Below are positions 23,501 through 32,878 of a stretch of DNA of 64,000 nucleotides, piece by piece. Within the stretch, counting starts at the first letter, position 1; every line of letters starts with the position of its first letter. The translations under genes were made by a program, and so were the position numbers. The notes under the pieces are model-generated. The model made no database searches and had not been told where the DNA came from. It saw nothing but the letters and a program-made list of their open reading frames with translations. Where the stretch lies: IMG/VR virus record IMGVR_UViG_3300037249_000709, positions 102,767 through 166,766 of that record. One strand, 5' to 3'. This DNA is from a virus (Duplodnaviria; Caudoviricetes).

Positions 23501-26500
23501 ATGGGTATTCAGATGAATGTCCATGAGGGCTGGCTCAAAACAAATAACGCATCAGACTCTGATGTTGAGTCGGGTGAAGGTGAGGGGACTGAAACGATTG
23601 CAGCAACCAATACCTATCTCTATATGCCCTATTCAGAAGAAGATATCATCGAGATGGACATCAATATTGACGTTCTTGATAGAGAGGATGAAACAGCGAA
23701 AGCGTTTGTAATGGCATATGAAGATGGTGTTCCAAGTAAAGCATATGTATATGATAGTGGAGACAGATTTTATCAGTACACGCCACAAGATATGGTTATC
23801 GGTTCTGATTATTGTGATGTTAGAATTTACCGTTTAAAAATCTATTCTACTTCTCTAACAACAAACGGTATTATGAGAAACTTCATTGCAGATTCGCGCA
23901 ACTCTGATACTATGTTAGCAAGGTATGACCGCAATGCAATCTACTATAACAGAGAAACAAACAAGTACACACCTTATAGTGGAGAAGGTAACCTTGACCC
24001 CGAAAAACTTGCTCCAATCATCCCCAATGTAAAGATATTAATGTTGGACACAGACCACTTTACAACCTCTAAAAAGACATTTGTGAAATCGAGTCTTAGA
24101 TGTATTCACGCATCTGGTGGTACAATTTATGAGGGCGACCCATATTATGATAACTGGTTTTTTGAAAAGGGCTTTCATAGCGGACAAGGAACTACTTCGG
24201 ATAACTATGGTAATGCTGGTAGAAATGTTGACTTCTTATTTAACTGTGATGGTGTACATAAACCGAGTGATAAAGTTGCTGCCGAAGCGGGTTATATATC
24301 ACAGGTTACTCTGGGTTATAACACTGAAAACGCAGTTACAGAAACCGTTACCGACTGGAAGGGTAATGCAGGCAAGATTGCACTTACAAGGACTTCTGTT
24401 CCAAATAACTTCTTTAATCTAAAAGTAAATATTGCTTCGAGTGAGAACGTAAATAACGCGCTATTACAAAAGAGATATAATGACTATCTTCCCTATATCT
24501 CACCCGCAAAAAGTAGAGACTCAAAAGTAAAGAATGACATGGAATTTGTTCCTGCAATTCTTTTCATAAGAGAAAATAATCCCGACATTTCTACTCATAA
24601 TGAGTTTTTAGATACAGAATGGCATTTCTATGCACTCGGTAACATAGGGGACAGCAAGAAAACTGACTATACCCGTGCATATGACCCGACCGATATGAAT
24701 GAATTTACCATTGAGATTTCGGATAACACGAAAAACAATGCAACATTTCAGACCGGCGTATATCTCGATGAACATGGAGATAGACAAGTTGAAAGATTCA
24801 CTATAACTGAGTCCGAGGATGACGGAGAAATAATATACACGCCTGTTTCTATAGACAGACCTTCATCGTTTGTTTATCCCATTACAGAAGCCGAATGGAA
24901 TAATGAAAACAATATGCGTCACTGGGCAATCTATAATGAGGCATTTGATGGCGACCATTCGTTTGAACCCAGATATGCTTGTTGTGGTGATTATCGAGAT
25001 GGCAAGCTGGTCAATGACACTTCTGGTCGTGGTAAAGCACAGGTCAAAATCAATAATGATGTGTGGAGAGCTTTTTATCGTTGGGTTATTACGTCAACAG
25101 ACCAAGAGTTCGTAGATGAATTAGACCAGTGGGTAGTACGCAGTGCGGCTGAATTTTTTTATGCTTACACGCATATGTACACTATGATGGATAATAGAGC
25201 AAAAAATACCTTTTGGCATTTCGCTAAGACAGGAGTTTATAGGGAGGTTTCCAAACCTGTTCCTGAATTGCTCCACGTTTATTGCGAGTTAATAAATGAT
25301 GAATATGTAACAACGGAAGATACCGAGATTGATAGTAACAAAACATATTACACGCAATACGCTTTTGACTTCTGGATGTATGATGGAGATACTGGTTTGG
25401 GAATAAATAACAATGGTGAATTAGTATTCCCTTATGGCAAAGAAGATACGGATTACAATATCGAGGGCAACCCCTCATCTGGTTATGTATTTAACGGTGC
25501 AACATCTGTTTTCTGGTGTAGATTACGAGATTTACTCCCTGACGAAATCAAAACAATGTTTAACACGACCGTAGCTGCCGATTGCTTTAGCGCAACTTCT
25601 TTGATAAATCAATTTGATACTTTTCAAGAATGTTTCCCCGAGGAAATTTGGAGGTTGGATATTCAGAGAAAATATATTAGAACATTTACAGGGGAATCCA
25701 TAGACAATTCCAAACCCAAACATGATGTTCAATACCTCCGTGATATGATGCAAGGTAGGAAGAAATATCAACGTAGGCAATGGATGCGAGACCAAGAAAT
25801 CTATTTTGGCACGAAAAATCTAATGAACACAGTCGTAGGCGACAACAATCGCATTACATTTCGTTGCTTTACCCCCACCGGTGATGATATTGTTGTACAG
25901 CCGGATTACACACTTCATATTAAACCTTATTCAGATATGTACTTGTCTGTAATGTTTGGTAATGGTGGTACAACACAGGTAAGAGCGAAAGGTGGTACAG
26001 AATACACAATCGAATGCCCATTAAGCACTATGGATGACACACAGGTAACAATCTATGGCGCTAACCGCATCCAAGAACTAAGTGACCTTTCTGCTTGTTA
26101 TATAGCGGCTAACAACTTTTCGATGGCAACAAAATTAAGGAAACTTGTCCTTGGCAGCACGACGGAGGGGTACAACAATTCTCGGCTTGTATCTTTGACA
26201 TTAGGAAACAATAAATTGCTCGAAGAACTGGACATTCGTAATTGTGGTAGTTTGACTGGGGCTATAAATCTTTCCCAGTGCAACAATTTACTAAAGTTAT
26301 ACGCTGAGGGAACAAGAATTACAGGTGTGACATTTGCAACAAACGGAAAGGTTCGTATTGCCCATTTACCAAGCACAGTTAATACTCTAATCATGAGGAA
26401 TCTGAACGATATGACAGATTTTTCTGCAAATCTCAACGCTCTTGAAACATTAACTTTGCAAGGCGGAACGCTAAATAGCAAAAATCTTGTTTCAAACTCG

Positions 26501-28585
26501 TTGAATACATTAAGAGTGCTTTATTTATATGACATTGATTGGACACTACCTGACACCACAATGATGAATACTATCGCAAATATGTTCTATTCACTACTTA
26601 CAGGTAGTGTATATGTTAGTGGCGAAATTAGAAACCAAGAGCTTTTAACTTATGCAAACAAGTGGAGTGATTTAGAAGTAACATATGATAGCAACAATTT
26701 AGTAACCCAATATTTGGCTACATATGTTAATGCTGATGGAACGACCCTTTATGAAACTTATGTAGACAGAGGCTCAACACCGCCAGATATAGTCACTCTT
26801 GGTTTAATTCCAACACCGACATTATCTCCCACCGCACAATACACTTTTGCGTATAGTGGCTGGGACGACATTAATAGTGTTATGCTCGCCCCAAGAACAA
26901 TTACTGCGGAATACACAGAAACTATCCGTTCTTATACGGTGACTTGGTATTCTCGTGCGGGTTTATCTTTGGGTTCAACAACGGTTAATTACGGCGAAGA
27001 AGCGGTATATTCGGGCAATATTCCGACTAATACGTCGCAAGAAAGTTCCTACATTTACAATGTATTTGGTGGTTGGAATAAGTCAACAGGATTTGTTACA
27101 GAAGATACAGATGTTTATGCTATATGGAATAATGCCGCACTTCCCACAAATGGTAAAGACTTAAAAGATATGACTGTGGGCGAGATATTTGGTGTTATAA
27201 CAGCAGGACAAACTTCATCATTCTTTGAAGATAAAGATTATCACGATATAACTCTTGGTCACGATTTTAACTTCTCTAATGTAGAGAGCGAAGTTATTGC
27301 GCAAGAAATGTATTTAGACGGAACATCGCCAATTAGAACTAATATTAGTTTATTTGGCGAAAACTCTCCTTCTTTTACCCTTGCAATAGATTTTAGATTT
27401 ACAAACCTTAGCGATACTAACAACACGCTTATTGCGTGTTATGACGAAGAAGGTAATGAGGGATTTAGATTAAGATATAATACCAATCCTGATATACAAT
27501 GGGGTGACAAAAACGTAAATGTCGGCTATCAAGGATTTCGTGATATGGTTGTTCTTCGTCATCGTGCAGGTGATGATAAGTTGTATGTTTATAGTTCCAA
27601 CGGTAATAGTTCGACCTTTGCAACAACCACGTCCAGAACAGAGCTTGTGAGAGCACGCAGTACCGCTACTGAACAAAGGCTTGTGCTCGGTGGTATCTAC
27701 TTTGAGGGTGACGGCGGATATGATGACCAAGGTAGTGGCTACATTTACTGGGCAAAAATCTGGTACGATGATTTAGGAGATACGAATGCTCGTGCATTGG
27801 CTTCTTGGTCACACGAAATTATGAGAGTTGAGTATTGTGGCGCAAATCGTTATAGATTGGCTGGTAACACATCACAGCGTTCAAACGCTTCATTTATAGC
27901 CAACACGTGTCTCGTAGATAGACTGCGTGCAATGAATCCAACGAACACAAATGTAGGCGGTTGGGATGCTTCAAAAATGAGAGAGTTTCTAAATTCGAGA
28001 TTACCGGATGCGTTGCCCATTTCTTGGAGAGCTATGCTTAAACAAGTTAAAATCAACGCAACAGAGGGCAATCAATCAACGAATATCACCGTATCAGAGG
28101 ACTACTTCTATTTACCCTCACTATCAGAAATGAGAGGTTCTACAGCTTCTCCATACAACTCAGAGGGTGATGCTATTTCTTGGTTTACAGGAGATATTTA
28201 TAGAGCAAAATTTAGAGGTATGATTATTCCTGATACTGCACATTACTTTACTAATGCAAGCGACCCGACTTTGGCATCTACCAATACCGATTATAAAACA
28301 GGTACAACAGTTACACAGATTGTTTTCGGAGATGTTTGGAAGCAAAACGGCAATGGACGTGTCTATATTTATGCGACAGCAGACGATATTAGATACTATG
28401 GTTTATCGTTGACTGACTCTGTGGCTGCCAATGCTGGTGGTACGTGGGTATCCGCTTACGCCTTCTGGGAGCGTTCGCCTAATGTTGCCAGCTCCGCCTC
28501 CTTCTGGGGTGTCAGCTATAACGGCTACAACTACGGCAACACCGCGGCGAACATGGGTGCGGTTTGTCCCTGCTTCTCTATCTAA
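20573..28585 (+). CDS. Giant DGR target protein (BppU-like N-terminus, beta-rich domains, CotH-like region, leucine-rich repeats, C-terminal CLec/DUF6273-like variable domain), probable receptor-binding/adhesion protein
   Basis: GGAGG RBS. LRR motifs (LEELDIRNC, LSQCNNLLKL). The C-terminus GGW..S.MR...WERSP...VCPCFSI contains the VR. Confidence 0.85.
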   Translation: MDILVDVVNQRLHTATSLTKFIAGTQEFIRFVFNLDSDWENLLTFAQFTQNGESYNQLLDEDKGAYLPPEISVGTCTLTLYGSYENKRATTDYLTLEISENNFTADANSTEITLSLYEQLATEVHSLSTWKNQFRADYSEADSALQQQINTKANQADLQSEISTARAAEQANASALLLKADKSKVAELESKVDQLANNEVVASAIQESVQQEIADYISNGTLANMSIADGSITRSKVDSNFEATLQKADSALQDSDASDIRAYAKGQVDLVADDLSNLQTEVQGAYRLDSTHIYANLGDAVRGAITISETDSNAYARQLLRDYKAFTVTIVDELPQIGESMTFYLVPKNSGAGYDKYWWITDATTGLSKWDVFGSSTTQVVTTLPQAGDSDVDYILRTNSGCLFYKWIDGVWQVVAGSIAKVSSSLPATGDEYTDYYVLNESGVYVHYRFINGQFHSIGTETYTSDELDTLLAGISDRIDGVAADVQTNQTNISSLSRTVDRVASDLDNLDVEGYTYSAAISQNDQSAYVFTLTETKDNVDTIKSQFVLPSGGGGGGAVSTTTLTVEKITQSPLIITTTDSAIIEIDYSSLDGDGETVDGTYSWKSGNTVIMSGALTQGRNIFDLSEFCSIGTQKFTLIITDEGGSTNVKTWTIQKVDVRIESAFNDRYTTAIGRNVAFTYTPYGAVNKTIHFKIDGVETTETTSASGTLQSHTITAQEHGSHLLEVWATATINSVPIETSHIYKDIIWYNPDKDDNGDYQEAVIGCIYRYDYYGNVTARQYDTTSIIYNVYDPTTNYPTVRRYVDNVLVGTETLSTAQNTWNFKSDDIGLHTLRIVCRNTSVTIKVNVTELGIDVNPITGGLEVDFNPTGITNSSNNRLWSNENYAMTVSQNFDWANGGYRTDENGDTYFLIKAGTRAILNYKMFSGGIDGNPSVVGGEIKIVFMTENVQDANATWFTNVETTTAEVDGNVVTTNMGIQMNVHEGWLKTNNASDSDVESGEGEGTETIAATNTYLYMPYSEEDIIEMDINIDVLDREDETAKAFVMAYEDGVPSKAYVYDSGDRFYQYTPQDMVIGSDYCDVRIYRLKIYSTSLTTNGIMRNFIADSRNSDTMLARYDRNAIYYNRETNKYTPYSGEGNLDPEKLAPIIPNVKILMLDTDHFTTSKKTFVKSSLRCIHASGGTIYEGDPYYDNWFFEKGFHSGQGTTSDNYGNAGRNVDFLFNCDGVHKPSDKVAAEAGYISQVTLGYNTENAVTETVTDWKGNAGKIALTRTSVPNNFFNLKVNIASSENVNNALLQKRYNDYLPYISPAKSRDSKVKNDMEFVPAILFIRENNPDISTHNEFLDTEWHFYALGNIGDSKKTDYTRAYDPTDMNEFTIEISDNTKNNATFQTGVYLDEHGDRQVERFTITESEDDGEIIYTPVSIDRPSSFVYPITEAEWNNENNMRHWAIYNEAFDGDHSFEPRYACCGDYRDGKLVNDTSGRGKAQVKINNDVWRAFYRWVITSTDQEFVDELDQWVVRSAAEFFYAYTHMYTMMDNRAKNTFWHFAKTGVYREVSKPVPELLHVYCELINDEYVTTEDTEIDSNKTYYTQYAFDFWMYDGDTGLGINNNGELVFPYGKEDTDYNIEGNPSSGYVFNGATSVFWCRLRDLLPDEIKTMFNTTVAADCFSATSLINQFDTFQECFPEEIWRLDIQRKYIRTFTGESIDNSKPKHDVQYLRDMMQGRKKYQRRQWMRDQEIYFGTKNLMNTVVGDNNRITFRCFTPTGDDIVVQPDYTLHIKPYSDMYLSVMFGNGGTTQVRAKGGTEYTIECPLSTMDDTQVTIYGANRIQELSDLSACYIAANNFSMATKLRKLVLGSTTEGYNNSRLVSLTLGNNKLLEELDIRNCGSLTGAINLSQCNNLLKLYAEGTRITGVTFATNGKVRIAHLPSTVNTLIMRNLNDMTDFSANLNALETLTLQGGTLNSKNLVSNSLNTLRVLYLYDIDWTLPDTTMMNTIANMFYSLLTGSVYVSGEIRNQELLTYANKWSDLEVTYDSNNLVTQYLATYVNADGTTLYETYVDRGSTPPDIVTLGLIPTPTLSPTAQYTFAYSGWDDINSVMLAPRTITAEYTETIRSYTVTWYSRAGLSLGSTTVNYGEEAVYSGNIPTNTSQESSYIYNVFGGWNKSTGFVTEDTDVYAIWNNAALPTNGKDLKDMTVGEIFGVITAGQTSSFFEDKDYHDITLGHDFNFSNVESEVIAQEMYLDGTSPIRTNISLFGENSPSFTLAIDFRFTNLSDTNNTLIACYDEEGNEGFRLRYNTNPDIQWGDKNVNVGYQGFRDMVVLRHRAGDDKLYVYSSNGNSSTFATTTSRTELVRARSTATEQRLVLGGIYFEGDGGYDDQGSGYIYWAKIWYDDLGDTNARALASWSHEIMRVEYCGANRYRLAGNTSQRSNASFIANTCLVDRLRAMNPTNTNVGGWDASKMREFLNSRLPDALPISWRAMLKQVKINATEGNQSTNITVSEDYFYLPSLSEMRGSTASPYNSEGDAISWFTGDIYRAKFRGMIIPDTAHYFTNASDPTLASTNTDYKTGTTVTQIVFGDVWKQNGNGRVYIYATADDIRYYGLSLTDSVAANAGGTWVSAYAFWERSPNVASSASFWGVSYNGYNYGNTAANMGAVCPCFSI
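28449..28575 (+). repeat. DGR variable repeat (VR)
   Basis: 127 nt colinear with TR. By manual count there are 19 mismatches, all opposite TR adenines. Confidence 0.97.
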
Positions 28586-28605
28586 ATATAACATATACAC
28601 ACATA

Positions 28606-28670
28606 ATGCCCACCTTTCAATTTACGAAGGGTGGGTATAAACAATAATATCTGGCGGCTTTGCCCGCCAT
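28606..28670 (+). promoter_or_regulatory. Two hairpins downstream of VR (DGR target-recognition hairpin/cruciform candidates)
   Basis: ATGCCCACCTTTC/GAAGGGTGGGTAT and TGGCGG/CCGCCA inverted repeats immediately after the VR stop. Confidence 0.6.
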
Positions 28671-28689
28671 TATGGAAGGAGGAATATCT

Positions 28690-29478
28690 ATGTCGGTAAT
28701 TCGCAGTAAAAGAAATATTGCAAACACAGAATATGAGGATTATTTTACAAAACTTTACCATTTTAGTGAGGAACAAACGTCAAGAGTGTCAAAGAGAAGG
28801 AAGAAATGGCTATGTAAAGAAATAAATGACTTGATGAATGAATCATATAACCTAATAATGGAAGTAAATGAAAACACTTTTCACCGAACGTGCGATGAGG
28901 TATCTGCAAAAGCGAATATTAAATCCGTGTTATTCAACCTTTACAGACTACAACGACCGCTTTATATTTTATGGAATGTAGAGGGAACAGAATCTAAGAA
29001 AATGGCTGCTTGGTGTAAATATCTTCAAGACGAATGCGAACTACTGATAAAGATGACCGACTTGAATTATGAATATAAATTTAGGATTCTTGACCATAAA
29101 GCTATTGAAAAAGTGCAGTTTCTTAAAAATATGTCAGAACTGCATCGGTTTATTCACGGCAAAGTTGTAAATGCACCGTGCAAATATGATGATAGTTCTG
29201 GTCAGCTTCTTATCAACCTTATTGACTCGGCTTTCTTTTCTGTAGTTAAAGCAAATATTAAAATCCCCGAAACACATAATGAGTATGTAAAAAGAGAAAA
29301 GTGTATTGCAAGAGCAATTTCAGATTTGTATAAACTTCAACGGCAAAGTCTATTTTATTGTAATTTAATGCAGTATAGCGATAATGTGCTAAGAGAATGG
29401 AGCAATTATATCTCTACCGAAATCAAACTCTTAAATGCTTTAAAGAAATCAGACAAGAAAAGATTTGCCGAGCTTTAA
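28690..29478 (+). CDS. avd: DGR accessory protein, tandem Avd-like domains
   Basis: Lies between VR and TR with a GGAGG RBS before MSVIRSKR. Basic, helical, ends W...EIKLL...KKSDKKRF. About twice the usual Avd length. Confidence 0.72.
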   Translation: MSVIRSKRNIANTEYEDYFTKLYHFSEEQTSRVSKRRKKWLCKEINDLMNESYNLIMEVNENTFHRTCDEVSAKANIKSVLFNLYRLQRPLYILWNVEGTESKKMAAWCKYLQDECELLIKMTDLNYEYKFRILDHKAIEKVQFLKNMSELHRFIHGKVVNAPCKYDDSSGQLLINLIDSAFFSVVKANIKIPETHNEYVKREKCIARAISDLYKLQRQSLFYCNLMQYSDNVLREWSNYISTEIKLLNALKKSDKKRFAEL

Positions 29479-29523
29479 TAGTTATATTCTGTCCACTTAG
29501 ACAGTTTATATAGGGTTATATTT

Positions 29524-29650
29524 TATCCGCTTACAACTTCTGGGAGCGTTCGCCTAATGTTGCCAACTCCACCAACTTCTGGAATGTCAACAATAACGGC
29601 AACAACAACAACAACAACGCGACGAACATGAATGCGGTTTGTCCCTGATT
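29524..29650 (+). ncRNA. DGR template repeat (TR)
   Basis: AAC-rich intergenic copy of VR between avd and RT; ends CCCTGATT versus VR CCCTGCTT. Confidence 0.97.
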
Positions 29651-29907
29651 TTCATATAGTAAGTAGCTATGTATAGGAGCGAATCATATGTTTTCAAACA
29701 TTTATATGAGAAGGAAAATATAACCATCTATGTGTGCATAGTAAATATTACAGTTGCCTGTTCTAAGGCGACTATGCTATAACGACATTCTGCATAGGTC
29801 TACAAGTATAAACGCTCTCTTAGCAGCGACTTATTGGTGGTTGGTTAATCAGCCAATAAGGTTGTAAAACCTATTTACGATTACAAGTAATAACCGATAA
29901 TTAAATC

Positions 29908-31263
29908 GTGCAGAGGAAAACAAATTATATAAATAAAAACAAAGAAGTGATGATTACGAATAAATATCAACGCGCCAAGCTGCGTATCTTAAAAGATAAA
30001 GAAGCTAAAGCGGTGCGGTACAATAATAAAAATAAAACTTATGGTGATTTTGATAAAGTAATATCTCACCAAAACTATTTTGAGGCTTTGGGTAAATGTC
30101 GTAAAGGCGTTAGTTGGAAGGGAAGTGTTCAGTGTTATACACAAAATGCCTTTATAGAAATTGATAAAACCATTAGCATTTTAAAATCATTAAAATTGCC
30201 AAAACTATCGAGCAACAAGAAAATCGTGTTATACGAACGAGGCAAAAGGCGCGTTATTGTGCCAATTACAATTAAGGATAGAATGACGCAAAGAGTCCTT
30301 TGTGATAAATCTCTTATCCCTATGCTTAGTGACAAGTTAATCTATGATAATGGAGCAAGCACGAAAGGAAAAGGCGTGAGCTTTGCCCGGAAACGAGTGG
30401 AAAAACATATTCGGCAAGCCATTAAAGAATATGGGGCGGATAATGTGTACGCTTTAGTGTTTGATTTCAAAAGTTTCTTTGATAGCGTTCCGCACAAGAC
30501 TTGTTTGAACATACTGCGTAATACATATGCAGATAAACGTATGGTTGGTTTAATAATGGCAATTATTCGTTCATATCAAAGGTCTGAGATTATGCAAATT
30601 GAGGACAAAACTGAACGACAAAAACGCCTTGATGAATTAAACAATAATAAATGCAATGGAATATGTTTGGGTAGCCAAATCTCTCAAATTATGGCTTTAG
30701 TTGTGCCAAATGAGTTAGACCATTTTGTCAAAGATAAAATGAGGGTAAAACATTATGTACGCTATATGGACGATGGATTCATTTTATCAAATAATAAAGA
30801 GTTCTTGTCCAACTTGTTTCATTTAATGATAGAAGTAACAGATGGGTTGGGGTTGAAATTTAATTGCAAGAAAACCCGAATTGTAAAAATGACAAAAGGC
30901 ATAACTTTTATGAAGATAAAATATCATATAACTTCAAGCGGCAAACTAATTAAGCGATTAACGAGGGCAGGTATTGTGCGTATGCGGAGAAAGTTAAAGA
31001 AACTTCGCAAATTAGTGAACAAGGGTATTGTACTTCTTGATGATGTTTATAATTCCTTTCAATCTTGGCTTGCACACTCATATCTTGCCTGTTCGTATAA
31101 AACAAGAAAAAGTATGTTAAAACTTTATGATGAATTATTCGATGGTTATAGAATAACAAAAAAGTTTTGGCATTTAGTAAACATCAAAAAGAAAGGAAGG
31201 AATGTGCCATATGAGTTTTTACAAACTGATAAATGGGAAAGACTTCGTTGGTGTGTCAACTGA
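29908..31263 (+). CDS. DGR reverse transcriptase
   Basis: DFKSFFDS, GICLGSQISQ and YVRYMDD motifs, adjacent to TR. The start may be ATG at 29950. Confidence 0.95.
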   Translation: MQRKTNYINKNKEVMITNKYQRAKLRILKDKEAKAVRYNNKNKTYGDFDKVISHQNYFEALGKCRKGVSWKGSVQCYTQNAFIEIDKTISILKSLKLPKLSSNKKIVLYERGKRRVIVPITIKDRMTQRVLCDKSLIPMLSDKLIYDNGASTKGKGVSFARKRVEKHIRQAIKEYGADNVYALVFDFKSFFDSVPHKTCLNILRNTYADKRMVGLIMAIIRSYQRSEIMQIEDKTERQKRLDELNNNKCNGICLGSQISQIMALVVPNELDHFVKDKMRVKHYVRYMDDGFILSNNKEFLSNLFHLMIEVTDGLGLKFNCKKTRIVKMTKGITFMKIKYHITSSGKLIKRLTRAGIVRMRRKLKKLRKLVNKGIVLLDDVYNSFQSWLAHSYLACSYKTRKSMLKLYDELFDGYRITKKFWHLVNIKKKGRNVPYEFLQTDKWERLRWCVN

Positions 31264-31963
31264 TGAAAGTTTTTTAACATTTCAAAAAAAACACAATATA
31301 TTATTAGCTTGCGGCGTGGATAAAGCACAGTATATTCAATATTATGACAAGTTCTACCGCGATAATTGGATGCTGCCGCCAACGACCACATTTATCCCAT
31401 ATACAACAGTAAGTGTAATCGAAATTGATGAGGAAGAATATAATGCCTTAAATACTGCCACTAAAAACGGAGAGGAAATACAAATCGAAGAAGAACCAGA
31501 AGAATTTTATGATGAATTATATGTTGATGTTATTGAAGAAATTACCGTTGACTATATGAAAGAACAAAAGATTAAAGAAATAAGAAAAATGTGCAATCAA
31601 ATCATTACTGCTGGTTTTGATGTGTTATTAAGTGATAACCTACATCATCATTTTTCCTTGACTACGCAAGACCAACTTAATTTAACTACATTATCTGCTA
31701 TGGCTGCAAGTGGGGCAGAACAAATTCCATATCACGCAGATGGTGAAAGTTGTAAATTCTATTCTGCACAAGATGTGCAAACAATAGTTCAATCAGCTAT
31801 GGATTTTAAAACATTTCATATTACATATCATAACGCATTAAAATCATATGTGGAATCTTTACACCTTATGGGAGATGTGGAGTCAGTTTCCTATGGTATG
31901 GCAATACCAGAAGAATATCAATCTGAGGTGCTAAAAATAATATTAGAGAAAGGACGGATTTAA
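31202..31963 (+). CDS. DUF4376-like phage protein
   Basis: HFSLTTQDQLNL and YHADGE.C..YS motifs. Confidence 0.65.
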   Translation: MCHMSFYKLINGKDFVGVSTDESFLTFQKKHNILLACGVDKAQYIQYYDKFYRDNWMLPPTTTFIPYTTVSVIEIDEEEYNALNTATKNGEEIQIEEEPEEFYDELYVDVIEEITVDYMKEQKIKEIRKMCNQIITAGFDVLLSDNLHHHFSLTTQDQLNLTTLSAMAASGAEQIPYHADGESCKFYSAQDVQTIVQSAMDFKTFHITYHNALKSYVESLHLMGDVESVSYGMAIPEEYQSEVLKIILEKGRI

Positions 31964-31966
31964 GTT

Positions 31967-32416
31967 ATGAACAAGCAGAGCAAATTTGTGTTTATGTTTG
32001 TATTTGGATTTATGGCATATGTGACGATAGAGTGCTGCTTTCGCGGCTATTCGTTTCCGCTGATGGGCATATGTGGTGGATTAGCATTTGTTCTGCTTGA
32101 TAAAATCAATAATAGAATTTCGTGGAACATAGACATACTAATACAAGGCATTATGGGTTCAGCATTTATTACCTTTCTTGAATTTATAATTGGAGAGATG
32201 TCTCTACATGGGTTAATTCAACCTATGTGGAATTATGCAAACCTGCCATTAAATTATAAAGGCATAATCTGCCTGCCATTTAGTATAATTTGGATAGGTT
32301 TATCTATTATTGCCATTGTGGTTGCAGACTATATAAATTATTACATATTTGATGATAATACTGTTCCATATTATAAACTTTTTGGAATAGTAATATATAA
32401 ATTTAAAAGTAAATAA
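31967..32416 (+). CDS. Multi-TM membrane protein (putative ABC permease/DUF1113-like)
   Basis: IE..FRGYS...M...GG and WNY...P.N..G.ICL.FS..W motifs with four TM helices. Confidence 0.7.
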   Translation: MNKQSKFVFMFVFGFMAYVTIECCFRGYSFPLMGICGGLAFVLLDKINNRISWNIDILIQGIMGSAFITFLEFIIGEMSLHGLIQPMWNYANLPLNYKGIICLPFSIIWIGLSIIAIVVADYINYYIFDDNTVPYYKLFGIVIYKFKSK

Positions 32417-32460
32417 AATAGGACTATAAGACATCAAAATCTTATAGTCCTTATTTTTTT
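32415..32460. terminator. Probable bidirectional intrinsic terminator
   Basis: GGACTATAAGA/TCTTATAGTCC hairpin flanked by A and T tracts at the point where late and early genes converge. Confidence 0.75.
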
Positions 32461-32499
32461 GCGCAACTTTATATTGAAATTGATTAGGAATAAACTCAA

Positions 32500-32865
32500 A
32501 CTTGGGTAAAAGTAGCCGAAGATTCGGGAATTTCGTCTTACCCAATTCTCTACCCAAATTTTACCCAAACACTACCGAAAACTTATGGGAATTTGCGATA
32601 GTTTACGAATTTATCAAAGCGGGTAATGGGTAAACCAAAGGTATGATAAAGTTAGGTTTTATCGGGTTTTAAGCCATTCCTTTATGATTAAGTAGCCGAA
32701 GAACCGATTACTTCACCATAAATGCTAAGTATTTTCAAAAACCTACTGTTAATCGGGATTTTAAGCCTTTCAAAAATACTTCTACCCAACTTTTACCCAA
32801 CATTGTTTTTCGGCAAGTTCTTATACCCAAAATTATTTTTACCCAATTATGATTCTACCCAATTT
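32500..32865. other. attP-like region with arm-type integrase sites
   Basis: Eight direct TACCCAA copies (32539, 32551, 32562, 32783, 32794, 32824, 32840, 32856) and one inverted copy (32502). They form two clusters around a central gap, directly downstream of the integrase. Confidence 0.7.
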
Positions 32866-32878
32866 GAATAAACTCATA

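Noticed and set aside
4263-28345. Numerous short antisense or overlapping ORFs in the track within the long tail genes
   Set aside because: They are shadow frames with no RBS or recognisable motifs.
29590-29620. (AAC)n microsatellite
   Set aside because: It is the adenine-rich core of the DGR template repeat.
29908-31263. Retron or abortive-infection RT
   Set aside because: The adjacent TR/VR pair with A-specific changes and an Avd-like gene identify a DGR RT.
32500-32865. CRISPR array or iteron origin
   Set aside because: The repeats are only 7 bp with irregular short spacing and sit beside the integrase, which fits arm-type sites better.
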